DNA of 64,000 nucleotides from Dicyema japonicum (lineage: Eukaryota; Animalia; Dicyemida), in NCBI GenBank assembly GCA_011109175.1, contig RDEW01000009.1, positions 1,382,950 through 1,446,949 on the forward strand, in the 5' to 3' direction. Position 1 is the stretch's first letter. The number at the start of each line of letters is the position of its first letter. Below, one piece after another: positions 1 to 13,289 of this stretch. The translations under genes and the position numbers were made by a program. The notes beneath the pieces are model-generated. The model was not told where the DNA came from. It worked only from the letters and a program-made list of their open reading frames with translations, and did not search any database.

Positions 1-527
1 AAAACATTAATAAATAGGTTCGGGCTAAAAAGGACTTTGGAGCAAATCCCTCATTGCGACTGGATAAGTTTGAGTCTCAGTATTATTCAGTTGCAGAAAT
101 AATTAATATTTTATCGAATAATCGCGTGGAGGTAGTTTTAAATAGATAATTTGATAGATAAAAAATTCGAAAGGAGAAATATCGACTGTATTAATGAGTA
201 GACTAAAAAAAGTTACTTAAATTTAATTTTTTGTGGTTAATAAATCATTTATAAAATTAATTGAAGTTAATCATGGTTCAAGGTTAATGTAACAGCCAGC
301 CCATAGGTATCGCTTGGCCCATGTGACATAATATACCANAATAGATAATTTGATAGATAAAAAATTCGAAAGGAGAAATATCGACTGTATTAATGAGTAG
401 ACTAAAAAAAGTTACTTAAATTTAATTTTTTGTGGTTAATAAATCATTTATAAAATTAATTGAAGTTAATCATGGTTTAAGGTTAAGGTAACAGGCTGCC
501 CATAGGTAACGCTTGGCCCATGTGACA
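1..527 (+). mobile_element. 3' end of a Ginger-like DNA transposon (same family as 16046-18187), last ~199 bp present twice
   Basis: 1-328 is nearly identical to 17427-17677 + 18112-18187 and ends in CCCATGTGACA (328). 141-338 is repeated at 340-537 across a single N at 339. Confidence 0.85.
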
Positions 528-539
528 CAATATACCAAA

Positions 540-700
540 CCACATTGAAGTACACGATCACCTACAGGGCCTCATCCCTCGCAGCCTCCAACATTCAAAA
601 ACTTTAGAAAGTACTAAATAGAGCCTTTCAAACAATTATTGGATGCAACAAAGTATAAATCACCATGAAACAATTCTCGGATTCCTTGTCTTTAGATGAC
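540..700 (+). mobile_element. Jockey/I-group LINE RT C-terminal remnant (second copy 6600-6900)
   Basis: Near-identical to 6718-6830. That copy reads TTLKYTITSRASSLAASDIQKL*RVLNRALQTIIGCNKFTPFDHLH, resembling the post-RT region of LINEs. Confidence 0.6.
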
Positions 701-974
701 ACCGATAAAATATGAACCAGCTCTTCATCTACAAGAATCGGCCTGGCTAACCAGAGAAAAGATACCAGGGAGAATTGCGACTGAGGAAGAAACGTCATAA
801 CCTGGCACTACTCCTGTCGTCCACCAAGATTGAGTCCTGGTATAGCCCCTTCTTTCCAGTATAAAGATATTGATTGAAAGCCCGGGAGTACCGTATTCTC
901 ATTTGACTTCATCTTCGTTTCGTTGACAATTATTATATCAGCTTTCTCGGCAACTTGATACTAAGCTATTAGAA

Positions 975-1445
975 TAGATGGATTTGATAGAATCTAAGGG
1001 TATTTTTGATTTGTTTATGTTAGATGCTTTGTTAAATGATGCACTAATATCAAAAAACCACAAAATATTGCTGAAAAGTTATCAATTAGTGATTTCAAGA
1101 ATTCTAAAGGATTTCTTAAAAGATTCAAAAAAGACATGGTTTTCGAATGCATAAAATACATGGGGGTAATGATAACTGGCAAACAACCTGACCTAGAATG
1201 ATTTGAGATCACTTTTAAGAAATTTCCATAAAGAAGGCGAAATTTACAATATGGACGAGACAGGGTTTTATTATTAACTAACTCCGTCCAGGGCTTATAA
1301 ACTGATTATTTTTTCAAATTCCCACTCTCCCCCATAGTTGATAAATAATATTTTATTGTTATAAAGTTAAATTTTTGGGTTAAAAAAAATTCCCAAGTTG
1401 GCCCAAAATCGTTCAGGAACAATTTTGGGCCTTACTGTACTTTAC
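975..1445 (+). mobile_element. Tigger/pogo transposase remnant
   Basis: KPQNIAEKLSISDFKNSKGFLKRFKK (CENP-B HTH-like) and EIYNMDETGFYY (first DDE motif). A Tc1/pogo-type end (...CTTACTGTA) lies near 1440. Confidence 0.7.
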
Positions 1446-1925
1446 TGTATGCTAATGACATGGATTTTGTGTCTGAGGATGTGGAGGTACTAAAAACTGT
1501 AGTAGATAAAGCCACAACAGTTCTGGAGCGGTTGTCTTTGAAGATCAATTCAGAAAAAAACGGAGTTAACTTCGCTTCAGCTGTTACCAACACGGATTGA
1601 TGAGAAATGGAGGTTTACTAAAAGGCTCGGCTCGTTTTTGAGTGATGCTGAGGACTTTCCATTTTCGAAGACCCTTTGTAGACACCTCCGTGTGACTGGA
1701 GAACGTAATAAGAGAGTCGAAAGTCACTCCAAGGAACTTATGAATTCTCGCATAATGGGTGGGAACGTTTCCGAGGAAAATCTCAAGTCCACATTTAAAT
1801 CTTCTGTCCGTAGTAAATAGAGTGAACTGGGACTTAGATGCAGACACAGACAATAAATTCATGGATAGTCAGTCACACACCTGGTTGAGGTGTGACTTAA
1901 CCACCGCCACAACCCTGAGGGAGAT

Positions 1926-3300
1926 TTATCCCTTGCAGCGATAATCAGGTCGTCCGCATAAGATAAAACATGGTGTCCTGATCATTGATAGTAGGTAGAT
2001 CGTGTAGAATAAGTTAAATAAGAGAGGAGACAGAGGAAAGCCTCGTAGGATTCCATTAGGGAGTAGTCTTGATTTTGAAGTAATTTTTCCAATCCGGACT
2101 CTTCCACGTCGACCATTTAAGATATTTTCCAGCCATAGCATGATGCTCGGATGTAAATTTGAGTTAAAGATCTTCTTTGTTAGGAAACAGAGTCGAAAAC
2201 CGGGTGGCTTAGTGGTTAGGTGTCGGGCTTAAGTGGCTTAGGCTACGGGTTCGAATCTCGCTGCTGTTCTCCTGGTGGAAGGTTCCACGCATCTACGATG
2301 CAGAAAGGGTTTGACGAGTGACGCTGTCATCAGTGAGTACTCACTGCGGAACTGGATTGTCTAGAAAGGATACTCACACAAGAAAAAGAAAAAAAGAAGT
2401 GAAGATCATTCCTTGGTTCTACGATTGCTTTTGATTTTCCATGCTTGAAGATTGGAGTAATCAATGAGTTCTTCCATAGTATTGTTTGGGAATTTATAGA
2501 ATGATTGTATAGGACCACATCGTTTAACATGTAGAGAACGAGAGAAATCCTGTGGCTGATCGACAAATAGTATTTCATGAGGTTATTAGCGAATTTCCGT
2601 GCATGTTCCGGGACAAAGGTAACGGTTTCCACTCCGCCGCCATCTTCCAGACGAGTTCTTGTGGCATAGTCGACCAACAAGCTGGCTCCACTTTTGTCTA
2701 TGTTTATCACTAATTAGTTGGGAAATTCAGCGATGTAGAGAGCGTATAGAGCCATCTGATTTCATTCCGGTTTTCTTCAAAGCATCCCGTTACATGATAA
2801 AAGCCATCTGATTTCATTCCGGTTTTCTTCAAAGCATCCCGTTTCATTCCATGATGCCCAAAGATAGTTTCAATTAAATTTTCTGTGAGGTGAACATTCT
2901 GTCCGCTTTTCGAATAACTGAAGTTAACAAGGAAGTCTTCCACAGCGAAACCCAATAAACAATTATCTACATACGTACTAAATCCAAACCAATTTGCCTT
3001 CGAATAGTTCTTGAATTTTGTAGAACATCTTGGCAGACAAATAGATCTTTTGAGATTCAACACAATTGGGTTATGGTCGCTTGTAAAACCATAACGAACA
3101 TCCCATGAAGATATGAGCAAGGGAGGGAGTGCATAATGACAAGTCCGGGTAAGTTGGGCTGTCCCCTCTTCGAGGACTCGGATAGATGGATGTTAATTAT
3201 ATGAGGGACTTCGGATAGAAGGATATTTAGTTTAAATAATTGTAATAAGTTTATAACTTTTAATTTAAAAAATATATATTGGCGCCTTATTAAAACCAAT
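1926..3300 (-). mobile_element. Decayed Jockey/I-group LINE (APE + RT fragments) interrupted by a SINE
   Basis: SDHNPI (APE), WKNSLITPIFKHGK and NGILRGFPLSPLLFNLF (RT), split over several frames. Confidence 0.8.
2200..2425 (+). mobile_element. tRNA-derived SINE, copy 1
   Basis: A box TGGCTTAGTGG (2205) and B box GGTTCGAATCT (2248). The body is shared with copies at 12761, 15770, 44241 and 47011. It sits antisense inside a LINE. Confidence 0.85.
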
Positions 3301-3335
3301 CCTGTGATGTGTTCTTGTATATTTAAATTTGTAAG

Positions 3336-6300
3336 ATGACCGAAACATACAGAGAAGAAGTTATTAAGATTTTTGACGATTGCCAGTGTGAAACCGAATC
3401 AATTCCGAATTTATCAAAAAAATTGCTTAAAATATACAAAAAAGTAAAAAATTAGATTAATATTAGATAAAGTACGACGAATTCGTAACATTATTTGAGA
3501 ACATAATCTTCCACATTTTGCTTGCTCCCCACCAATCACTTCCAGCTCAAAAAGCAATTGACCTCTGCTCCACTTTTTTCCTGTCATTCAAAGAGCGCCA
3601 AAAAAAGTCAAGAGTTTTGATCCAAAATCGCCTGCTTACCCACGTAATGAACATGTGTCTTGAGGTTATAGTTAAATTTATTAAAGCATTGTGGAGATAG
3701 AAAACTGAATATTCGGCTTCATTGTTGTCAATTTTTCAATAAAATATTTTTCATGCTTTCCGATGAGACGGAACTTGATGATGAGCTAATATCTCTAATC
3801 ATCCCTGCCTTGTTAAACCGTCTAAATGATACAAAACCACAGGTGAGAATAGAGGCTGCCAGATCTCTCAACCGTTTACAAGATCCCAGTAATCCAAATT
3901 GTCCTATAATTGATGGTAGTGTCAGTTTTAATCTCAAGCTTATTTGTTTGTGGTACAACACGACCCCAATAGCACAGTTAGATTGACAGTGTTAGAATCA
4001 ATGGCTATTTGCCCAACCACAATTTCAGCATTGGTGGATAGAGCTCTAGATACCAGTAATGTAGTGAGAAAATCAGCATTTAACTTGATTGGATCTCGTT
4101 CTGAAATGGGAATGTTTTCTATTCAACAGAGACTTGATTTATTAAAGTATGGACTGACTGATGGATGTGGTTTTATTTGTAATGATAAAGAATCTGTTAG
4201 GGAAGTATGTGGAAGTAAAATGCTAGTAGCTGGATGGCTGGGTTATTGTGGGGGTGATGTTATTCAACTGTTGGAACATTTGGATGTGGAAAGTGATTTT
4301 GATGTAATTGATATGACCATTAAATGTATTTTAAAGGAGAAAACTGATAATTTTATTGATAATAGATTTATCAATTTGATTGGGAATGAACAGTTAGTAA
4401 TTGTGTTATTTTAGCCGATTGGTGGATTATACTCTTATTAGTGCAGAAGTATCTGTATATTGGCAAACATTGATTGAATTTTTGACTACAAATGGACATA
4501 ATCAATATTTGGAAACTGTACTACCTAATGTGTTGGATTATATCAATTATATTAGAGAGTTTAATATTTGTATTATGTTATAGGATTGTTAATTCATGGG
4601 AAGATGTGCCATTGGAACAAATTCTTTCAAGGGAATTTATTCTAAGTCGACTTATCACTATTTTTACCTTTTTTGATCTAACTGATGATATTTGGCGGTT
4701 ATTCTAATTTTATTTAATATAGACGAGGTGTTATAAAATTATTACTTGAACTAATGGTGGACACAAAGATTGACCATTCATTGAGTCAAGTGGTAAAAGT
4801 TTACTGTATGGTATCTTGTGGAAATGAAAGCGAACGAGAAAATGCTATTATTGACGTCATTGCTGATATTAGGGGTTCGCAGTACTTGAATGAGGACGAC
4901 ATGTGTCAATCTGCCAACCTTGGACGTGAGGAAATGAGTGAACTAAAATTCTCTGTATTTTTATATCTAAACTTCACAGTTGGCTCAATTAAAAGTGCAG
5001 AGAATTCAGCTGTCTGACGAAATTTGGGAATTTCACAAAAATAGGAAGCTTGAGGAGGCTATGGAAACGAACGAAAAGCTGATACAAGTGGAGGATAAAA
5101 TAAAGGACATTGAGAAGATTATGAATTTAATTGTGTTGGATGTGGAGGTTCTGTGTTATAATATAAAGGCTGTTGAAATTGAATCAATAGCTGTCTTGAG
5201 ACGTTCTCTTGGAATATTTACACACTTTATGACAAATGCTAACAAAATACACAGTCCCATGTCTACAGTACTCTCACTTATTGATAATTTGGTTTATTTA
5301 TTATGTAATTTACAGTTTTTGCCTTCTCTCCAAAATTCTGAAGTCAAAGTAAGGGAAATGGCTATAAAGTCTCTTACCTTTTGTTGTCTTAACTCTCGCA
5401 TGATAGCCGAACGAAATTCTTATTTGTTTATTAAGGCAGCGCAAATTGACGTTAATGAGGTGCGCACGTGTGCTATCATTTCTATTAATGATCTAATATT
5501 AACTCATGGATTTGATGTTTTTGATGTGAGGGTTTCTCTACAGGAGGAGGATGTTGATTCATCCACCCGGGCAGTTTCCCCCGAAAGCATAATATCCTGG
5601 TATAATAGGATATGGGACTCTGAGGATGAGGTTTAATATGCTATTGACTATAGACTGACGAAATGAGGGAGATTATCCCTCTTGGATTGATGAAACTAAT
5701 GGTTAGTGGACGAATTCGCTCTGCAGATATTGTTTTACGTTTGTTTAATTATTATTTTGACCCCAAGAATGAAAATAGTATAAATATTTCTGCATTATCA
5801 AGTTTTTTCCCAATATTTGCAGATTTAAGCTTGTATATATTTATTATACATTATAGTGATAATAAAGTTCTCATTGAGGAAGTATTTATTCCTGTAATCA
5901 AAAATTTATTAAAATATACAACTGATATATCTACGCCTATATCATACATGGCACGGCTTATTGGTCCTTCCAAACAATCTAATTTTGTATATATTTATAT
6001 TATGCAGTTGGGCTCACTTCACGGAACTTTGGTTATTCGATTACTCAATGATGTCTTAGAGGATTTTGATAACATTAATATTCTGTGCATTCTCAAAAGT
6101 ATTAATTTATCAGGAATTTCCAATTCAGAATTGAAAATAATTATTGCATTATTGGATAAATTTAATTCTGTAATTATTATTATTATTATTAGCAGTATAA
6201 TATTAATAACAAATTTCTCATTGTCTTTAAGAATAATGTGGATGCTTTACTTCACAAAAACATTAACGATGAAAGTTTTAATCATCTTATAACCGATTGA
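3336..6300 (+). CDS. NCAPG: Condensin I subunit CAP-G (HEAT repeats), split by 21-26-nt introns
   Basis: Spliced product has LLNRLNDTKPQVRIEAARSLNRLQDPSNPNCPIIDAYLFVVQHDPNSTVRLTVL, matching CAP-G/Ycg1. ATG at 3336, first intron 3444-3466, stop TGA 6298-6300. Some 3' introns were not individually traced. Confidence 0.9.
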
Positions 6301-6989
6301 TAGTTACTTTGTTTCTGCTTACGTTTATTCCTACTTAATTATTAAGTTGGTTTGAGGTCATTGTTTATTTCCTCTCACAGGTCTGTTTGTTTAGATGCTT
6401 AGGCCAAATCTGCCATATTTTTCGAAGACTAAGTCACACACGTAGCGTCTTAAAGCAGGTGGTACTGGTGCATTATAGTACACCCAGAGCAGTAATAGTA
6501 CTCTCTACACAATTATTATTATAAATGCTCGATTTATTCATTTTTAGCGCTAATAGGCTTGTTTAAGTGGTAGAAGCAACTTACTTCACTTATCACTTTA
6601 AATCACCGTGAGACTGGCGTTGCAGAGGACAAAAAGGGGGACCTTGACAGCGGTGGTCGGATCAATTTTGACCAAGGCAAGGAACCCTCAGAATAATCTA
6701 CAAATACTATACCAAGACCACATTGAAGTACACGATCACCTCCAGGGCCTCATCCCTCGCAGCCTCCGACATTCAAAAACTTTAAAGAGTACTAAATAGA
6801 GCACTTCAAACAATTATTGGATGCAACAAATTCACACCGTTCGACCACCTCCATTGGGAAATCACCATTCTCCTTGTAGGAGATCACCCCTGCATGAGGA
6901 ACCTCCGATTCTTAAATGAAACTACGGAACCAGAGCACTCTTGCCACTTTCTGACCATACAATGATAATTCCAACCATAGCCAACTTGT

Positions 6990-7775
6990 TCCGTGAACTA
7001 ATAAAAATTTATCAGCCACCTCCCGAAAACCAAGTCAAAGGCAATACATGACCACATCTCCATCAAAGCCATCCGAAGACTATTTTTGAACGATTTACTA
7101 AATGGCCCCCTTCCTCTGGTTGGTGATCGGAGACTTATCTCGACAGAGAAACAAGGAGGACTCTTAGTGCAATTAAGTTCTGGGTATTTTTTCCTAAGAG
7201 ACGAATCGGGCTCTTGGCTTTCTCCATCGACCAATTATAATTGATTCTACAAGAAGTTTTTTCCTTTCCACGGACCTCCGGTGAACATATGTGAAAGCTT
7301 CGGGCACTAGCTGCTGGACGTCTGAGGATAGCCTGCTTCCTAATAACTANNNNNNNNNNNNNNNNNNNNNNNNNNNNNNNNNNNNNNNNNNNNNNNNNNN
7401 NNNNNNNNNNNNNNNNNNNNNNNNNNNNNNNNNNNNNNNNNNNNNNNNNNNNNNNNNNNNNNNNNNNNNNNNNNNNNNNNNNNNNNNNNNNNNNNNNNNN
7501 NNNNNNNNNNNNNNNNNNNNNNNNNNNNNNNNNNNNNNNNNNNNNNNNNNNNNNNNNNNNNNNNNNNNNNNNNNNNNNNNNNNNNNNNNNNNNNNNNNNN
7601 NNNNNNNNNNNNNNNNNNNNNNNNNNNNNNNNNNNNNNNNNNNNNNNNNNNNNNNNNCTGCTAGCTGGGTTGGTGCGTATTTTAACAACTCCCCACAAAT
7701 ATTGTCATAGCCAACTGCTCTGTTGTTATTCAGCCGAAGGAGTGCTCCGCGAATTTCGGAATCCGTAAACACATT
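6990..7775 (-). mobile_element. RTE-clade LINE RT remnant spanning the N gap
   Basis: EIRGALLRLNNNRAVGYDNICGELLKY (RT N-terminal) to the right of the gap and ILRRPAASAR (C-terminal) to the left. Confidence 0.65.
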
Positions 7776-8024
7776 ATTAACTGCAATTTAAATTAGCATT
7801 TAAACAAAAATTAGCATTTAAAATTAAAAATAGCACTTATAGCATTATAATGTATGTTTTTTTTAACAAAATTAAAAAATAATTATTCCAAATTCAATTG
7901 TATATTTAAAAAAGTATAAAAAATAAAAATAGCATTTTAGCACTTAAATTGCCCTATTAATGACGCATGAAAAACTACCTGAAAATGAAATTTGTTAAAT
8001 TTTTCCAAAATAAGCCCATATTAT

Positions 8025-8150
8025 TATTATTATTACCACCAGGATCACTGGGTCAAAGAGAAAGAAATAAAAGTTCTCATCTAACTAAGTGATCCCAGAC
8101 CGACAAAGGTGAGGACGAATCCGGCGGGGTCGAGAATCCTGAACAGCTCT
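8025..8150 (-). repeat. Dispersed retroelement 3' tail ending in (TAA)n (second copy ~56810-56930)
   Basis: CCAGGATCACTGGGTCAAAGAGAAAGAAATAAAAGTTCTCATCTAACTAAGTGATCCCAGACCGACAAAGG occurs at both sites next to (ATT)n. Confidence 0.6.
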
Positions 8151-8429
8151 TCTCATTGGACGACGTGGTGGCATTTGAAAAAAAAGAACCACACTTTCCC
8201 CTATCTTCACGGGTGGACCAATAAGGAAGGCCTGCGCCGCTGCGGGGACGTTGAGGCCAAAATAAGCCCATAACAAAAATGCAATGCAAAAAAATAATCA
8301 AATACAAAAAATGTTTACGAATTTATTAAATCAATACTTTCAATATCATTATTTCCATTTCATCGGAAATACCGTCATATTCATTCTTTAATTCTATGGT
8401 TCCCAACCTTAAGGTGCTCGCGGAACCCT

Positions 8430-9130
8430 TTTGGGCTAATTTATTTTGTCAATCCGGACCCTTCCGTGTCGCCCAGTTAAGAAATTTTCCAACCATAGCT
8501 TTATGTTCGGATGTAAGTTCGAATTAAAAATCTTTTCCTCGGAACAGAATCAAAGGCCTTCTGTATATCGATGGATACTAAGGCACGTTGAAGCCGTCAG
8601 TAATAAACTGGGAGATAGAACCCAAATGAGTCGTTGTAGAACGGTCTGCCCTGAAACCATGTTGAAATTTTGGTAGTTGTAGAACAGGAGAGATACGCAT
8701 TAATACAAACTTTTCCAACAATTTTGATAAAACACAAGTTATTGAGACGGGGCGGTAAGAAAAAGGAACGTCTTTTGGTTTTCCAGGCTTTAGAATTGGC
8801 ATTATCAGGGAATTCTTCCATATATTAGGTAGCGTATGGTAGTTGATAGAGTCGTTGTACAGTCTTGATAGTGTGGCCCGTGCCTGAGGTCCAAGGTGTT
8901 TGAGGTGAATAATACAAATACCGTCGGGACCAAGCACAAGTGGAACGTAGCAATTTAACAGCCTTGTAAACATCATGGGGGTGAAGAAGGTGGAATACGG
9001 TTCTTGTTGCGGCCCACGCCGTTCAACATGTGGAGAGCGAGAGAAATCTTTATGGCTGATCGATACGTAGTACTTCATAATATTGTTTGAAAGCTTGCGA
9101 GCAGGTTCCGAAACATTGCTGGTATTCCGC
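8430..9130 (-). mobile_element. Jockey/I-group LINE RT fragment
   Basis: GPDGI...LPNIWKNSLIMPILKPGKPKDVPFSYRPVSITCVLSKLLEK...QHGFRADRSTTTHL. Confidence 0.85.
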
Positions 9131-9670
9131 AGTCCTCCTCGTTGATAAGGCTATTGATCCTTCTTAGCGTTTTTCAAAATGTGGCACAAGAGTTTTTGTG
9201 ACAAAGTCGTCCAACTAGACGGTTCCATTTGAGTCTGTTATTAATTCGGATGAGTTCAGATAATTTGGTTTTCAGTGAACGTATAGAATAAAGGAGTTAT
9301 TGGACTGCGTCCTGTTTCTCTTCAGCGCATCTCGTATACCTATATGAAGTGTGGAAAAATAATATTTATCACGTTATTTCTAGGAAAGTTGTCTCTGATC
9401 GATACCAAAGAGTATCGTGGTATTCCTGGATTCAACACTTTTATGGAATCATGTTCACGATAATCCAGAAAGTTTTAATATAAAAGAATTGGAAGTTATA
9501 GAAAATCTCGACACTTATACAAAATGTTTTTTATTGTTATTTATTTTTAAGGATTATGAGTTCCAGTTTAACTTTGAGATAAAAATTTGCAGTCTTCGTA
9601 TTATAAAAGAATGAATAGGAAGATGGGATTGGTTTATTCACAACGACTAAAAAATCAAAACCACTGAAAT

Positions 9671-10180
9671 ACAGTCCGACCCCGTATTGAGACACACCCC
9701 GCGGTGGGGCACCCCCGCTTTTCGAGGCATTTTTCATTTGGAGTCTATTTTTCAGCATTAATTTCCAAATTTGGAAATTTTCTGGAGCCCCAAACCGGAG
9801 CACCAAGTATTTGAAATATTCCAGAAACTCAGAGAACATAATTTTCCAATATCAGGGCCAATCATAAAAAATAGGCTTTATTGTTGCATCAAAAATTGGA
9901 TTACACTACTTTTATGTTGAAATAATTACAGTACTTCTATGTTGCAATTATGATGGTGAAAAACTTGAACCATTGATTATTGGGAAATATAATAAATTTC
10001 GCTGTTTCAAAAAATTTCAATTTTTAATCGAATTCTTATGTCTTCAGGACATCGAAAGTGACCTTAAAGAACGTCTTTCAAAACTAAACCTTCGTCAGGT
10101 TGTAATGCTGGTTTCAAAAAGTTGGAATTAAGTAACAGTAATTTCAATCACAGATTGTTGGAAACAAACACTGTAATAGT
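9671..10180 (+). mobile_element. Tigger/pogo remnant with left TIR
   Basis: TACAGTCCGACCCCG end at ~9671 and ITVLLCCNYDGEKLEPLIIGKYNKFRCFKK (Tigger DDE). A matching end GTCGGACTGTA lies at ~46468, with further DDE remnants at 45750-46000. Confidence 0.7.
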
Positions 10181-10261
10181 TAATTAGAACTTGTAAAATT
10201 GTTAGCTTTGATATAATAGATTATTCATATTTTTGACATTGATGACTCAGCGCTTGCGACA

Positions 10262-10545
10262 TAATAGAAAATCGATAAGAAGTGCGGCGAAGTACCAGTT
10301 GCGGTCGGGTTTGTCTTCAGAAGACTGGATGTTAAAATTGCCTCCAGACATTCTATTCCACTCGTCACAAAATTCTTGAACCCCCCTCTACACGAACAAG
10401 AGACCCTCGTGAGCGCTGCTGGTTATTTGAGCGAGTCTCGCTTGTTATCCTGAGAGGGAATAGCCATGCAGTCAGGGCAGCCGCTATATGACAATTTACT
10501 CTCTTCTTTACTAAGTAAAATATTTATTGATTTAAATACAAAAAA
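10262..10545 (+). mobile_element. Internally deleted CRE-like (restriction-like endonuclease) non-LTR element
   Basis: DKKCGEVPVAVGFVFRRLDVKIAS (RT motif) is joined directly to the 3' end WLFERVSLVILRGNSHAVRAAAI*. Confidence 0.65.
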
Positions 10546-10619
10546 GTATTGGTTGAGGTGGTGACGACATCTCTATTGCACAAATGTCTGAAACGTACTT
10601 AAAACGCTTGGAGGAGCTT

Positions 10620-11310
10620 AAAATAACATCTTTCAATGTAAGAGGGAGTGGGAAAGAAACCTGTTATGTTCGGATCTGGGGAGATATGGTGCAGACGTGG
10701 GATGCCTACAAGAGACAAAAGTAAAGGCTGGAATGGATGAGCTACAGACTCATTTTACTACCATCGTCATCAGGACATTATAGACAGGGGTTTGCCGTGC
10801 ACAAGAAACTTGTTCGTGGAATACGTCGTTGTTGGAGTGTTAGCGACAGAATCAGCATACTGCAAATACGGGTTGGGGTCAAACGCACTTCGAGGTCCTT
10901 CTCAATTATAAATGTTTATGCACCCCACATTGGACGGGTCGCCAAAGATTCGGACGAACTTGATGCTTTCTACGTGCAGCTGTCGAGGACAAATGCCGAA
11001 CTGGAATCGTCTTTTCTAGTCCTTATTGCCGGGGACTGGAATGCTAAAGTAGGAGTACGTCGGGAGCATGAGTCGACTATCGGAAGACACGGAAGAGGGA
11101 TCAGGAACCTGCACGGGGCTGTGGTGATAAATTTCTGTCGGGCACTTGGTCTATTCCTGTGTAACACTGCGTTTGCGCATGCTGCACGACATAAGACTAC
11201 TTGGACGAGCTGCAGAAGAAATGAATCTGGGGGCCATGTGATGATTTACAATCAGATTGATTACCGTTGTGGAAAGCGACCACAAGATCGTCGTGGCCCT
11301 GTTTGATATT
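10620..11310 (+). mobile_element. RTE-clade LINE apurinic endonuclease domain, truncated
   Basis: ITSFNVRG, IINVYAPH, IAGDWNAKVG, CNTAF..HKTTW and NQIDY motifs (ORF 10737-11306). Confidence 0.85.
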
Positions 11311-11833
11311 ACAAGTCGCTATGCACGCACTTCAGGAACAAAGCCATCTCAGGTCATACAGAGAGGATACCTAGTCGAGAGATTATGTTTTTCACACTTC
11401 ACTCGAAATATTTATTGATCGGCAGAAATTTGGTGACAGAAATAGAATGTGAAATTACTCTTCCTCTTCGGCCGTTGAGGAAGTTTGTAAGCCAAATTTT
11501 TAAGTTGTTTGGAATGTTAGAGTCATAAATCTTCCTAGTGAGCAGTTTCCTCTGTATCGAGTCAAAAACCTTTGTATTTCAATGGAACACATAATGGTCT
11601 TTTTATGCCGAGGTTTGCATTGTAGGCCTTCCTTGATGAATTTCGTCAAGCAAGTATGGTGGGTAGTTGTGGAGCGAGCCTTTTTAAGACCATGTTGAAA
11701 CGATAAGTCAGGGAGGTAAGGTTTAAATTATCAATTATTTTTTCATTTAGGGAAAAATTAATCTTTATATATTCTGCTTGATATTAAATTAAAAATATTA
11801 TAATTTTTTATATTTAAATTAAATTAACTAGAG

Positions 11834-12706
11834 ATGGTTATGCATGGGCAGTTGGTTATCGGTCCGGCAGGTTCTGGCAAAGTAACACGTGCTAGTTAAT
11901 ATAAAGTCTAGTTACTGCAGTTTAATGGAGAAACATTATCGATCATGCCGTCGACAAGTATACGTTGTCAATCTTGATCCAGCTGCTGAAGTTTTTGACT
12001 ACGCAGTGAACATTGACATCAGAGAACTAATCCACGTGGATGACGTTATGGAAGACGAACAACTTAACTATGGACCAAATGGTGCCCTCATTTACTCAAT
12101 GAAGTATCATTAAATTTATTCAGTTTTCTCTTAGATAACTTCAATTGGTTGGGAGATCAGCTGTCTGACGAGGCATACTACATATTTGACTGTCCCGGAC
12201 AAATCGAGTTGTACACTCACATTCCTGTTATGAAGTTGATCGCAAATAAATTGATGGACCTCGACTTTGTGCTTTGCTCTGTTTTTTTGCTCGATGCACC
12301 ATTTTTGGTTGACGGATCAAAATATGTTTTTGGAATTTTGTCATCTTTGTCATCAATGATGATGCTTTCCCTTCCGCACGTGACTATTCTTACTAAGGTC
12401 GATCTCATTTGTCGAAGGGACAGGGAAAGACTGGAAAAGTAAGGCTATTTTTCACGCAGGTTTACGTCGCCAGAATTATGGCCTGCATTTGGCTGCCCGA
12501 CTGGCAAGGACTTTTCAGGCCTCATAGGGGGTCTATCCTCGGTTGTGCAGGACTATGGAATGATTCAGTTTGCTGTTCTTGACTGCGCGGACGATGAGTC
12601 GATAATGGATGTGGCCACGAAGATTGACATGGCAATTCAGTATTATGACTATGCTGAATATAAGGAGATGGTTTTCTTTTGGTTTTATTTTTAGGATTTG
12701 GAGTAA
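11834..12706 (+). CDS. GPN3: GPN-loop GTPase 3
   Basis: GPAGSGKS P-loop, NLDPAAE, YGPNG (GPN loop), [12 protein letters not shown] and IDMAIQY. Four introns: 11882-11906 (25 nt), 12104-12123 (20), 12439-12459 (21), 12671-12694 (24). Stop TAA 12704-12706. Confidence 0.95.
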
Positions 12707-12760
12707 CTTTTGTACTTTAATTTTAAATATTCGTTTTATTTATGTCTTAATTTTTTTCAG

Positions 12761-13060
12761 CCGGGTGGCTTAGTGGTTAGGTGTCTGACTTAAGTGGCTT
12801 AGGCTACGGGTTCGAATCTCGCTGCTGTTCACCTGGTGGAAGGTTCCACGCATCTACGATGCAGAAAGGGTTTGACGAGTGACGCCGTCATTAGTGAATA
12901 CTCACTGCGGAACTGGATTGTCAAGAAAGGACACTCACTCAAGAAAAAGAAGTGAAGATCATTCCTACGATTAGTTAAAATTAACTGTTCTTTACTTAAA
13001 TAAAGTGTGTGTCCTGCCTATGCGGAGCTATAAATACTATTGAAAAGGCTTATTATTATT
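12761..13060 (+). mobile_element. tRNA-derived SINE, full-length copy with TSD
   Basis: A/B boxes, central body, 3' tail and (ATT)n, flanked by a direct repeat ATTTATGTCTT (~12738 and ~13061). Confidence 0.9.
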
Positions 13061-13289
13061 ATTTATGTCTTTAAATGTTCCTAATACAGTAATCGTTATT
13101 ATCGAGGATTTTCTCAAAGAAAGTGAAATTGGGGCTTTTGTGGACGGCAGAGAACTCTCTCTGGATCAGGATTATTGGTGTAAAAAACAGCGGAGAGTCT
13201 CGATAAATTACGGAACCGCGTGCTGAGGAAACTGATAGAACGGATAGCAAGATCACGACACAAACACTAAGTATTCATGTGAGTTGTGG

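Noticed and set aside
141-539. Biological tandem duplication of a transposon end
   Set aside because: The two copies are joined at a single N (339), so a contig overlap or haplotype artefact is more likely.
7135-7772. Three long ORFs in the ORF track
   Set aside because: Artefacts of translating through the 308-nt N gap.
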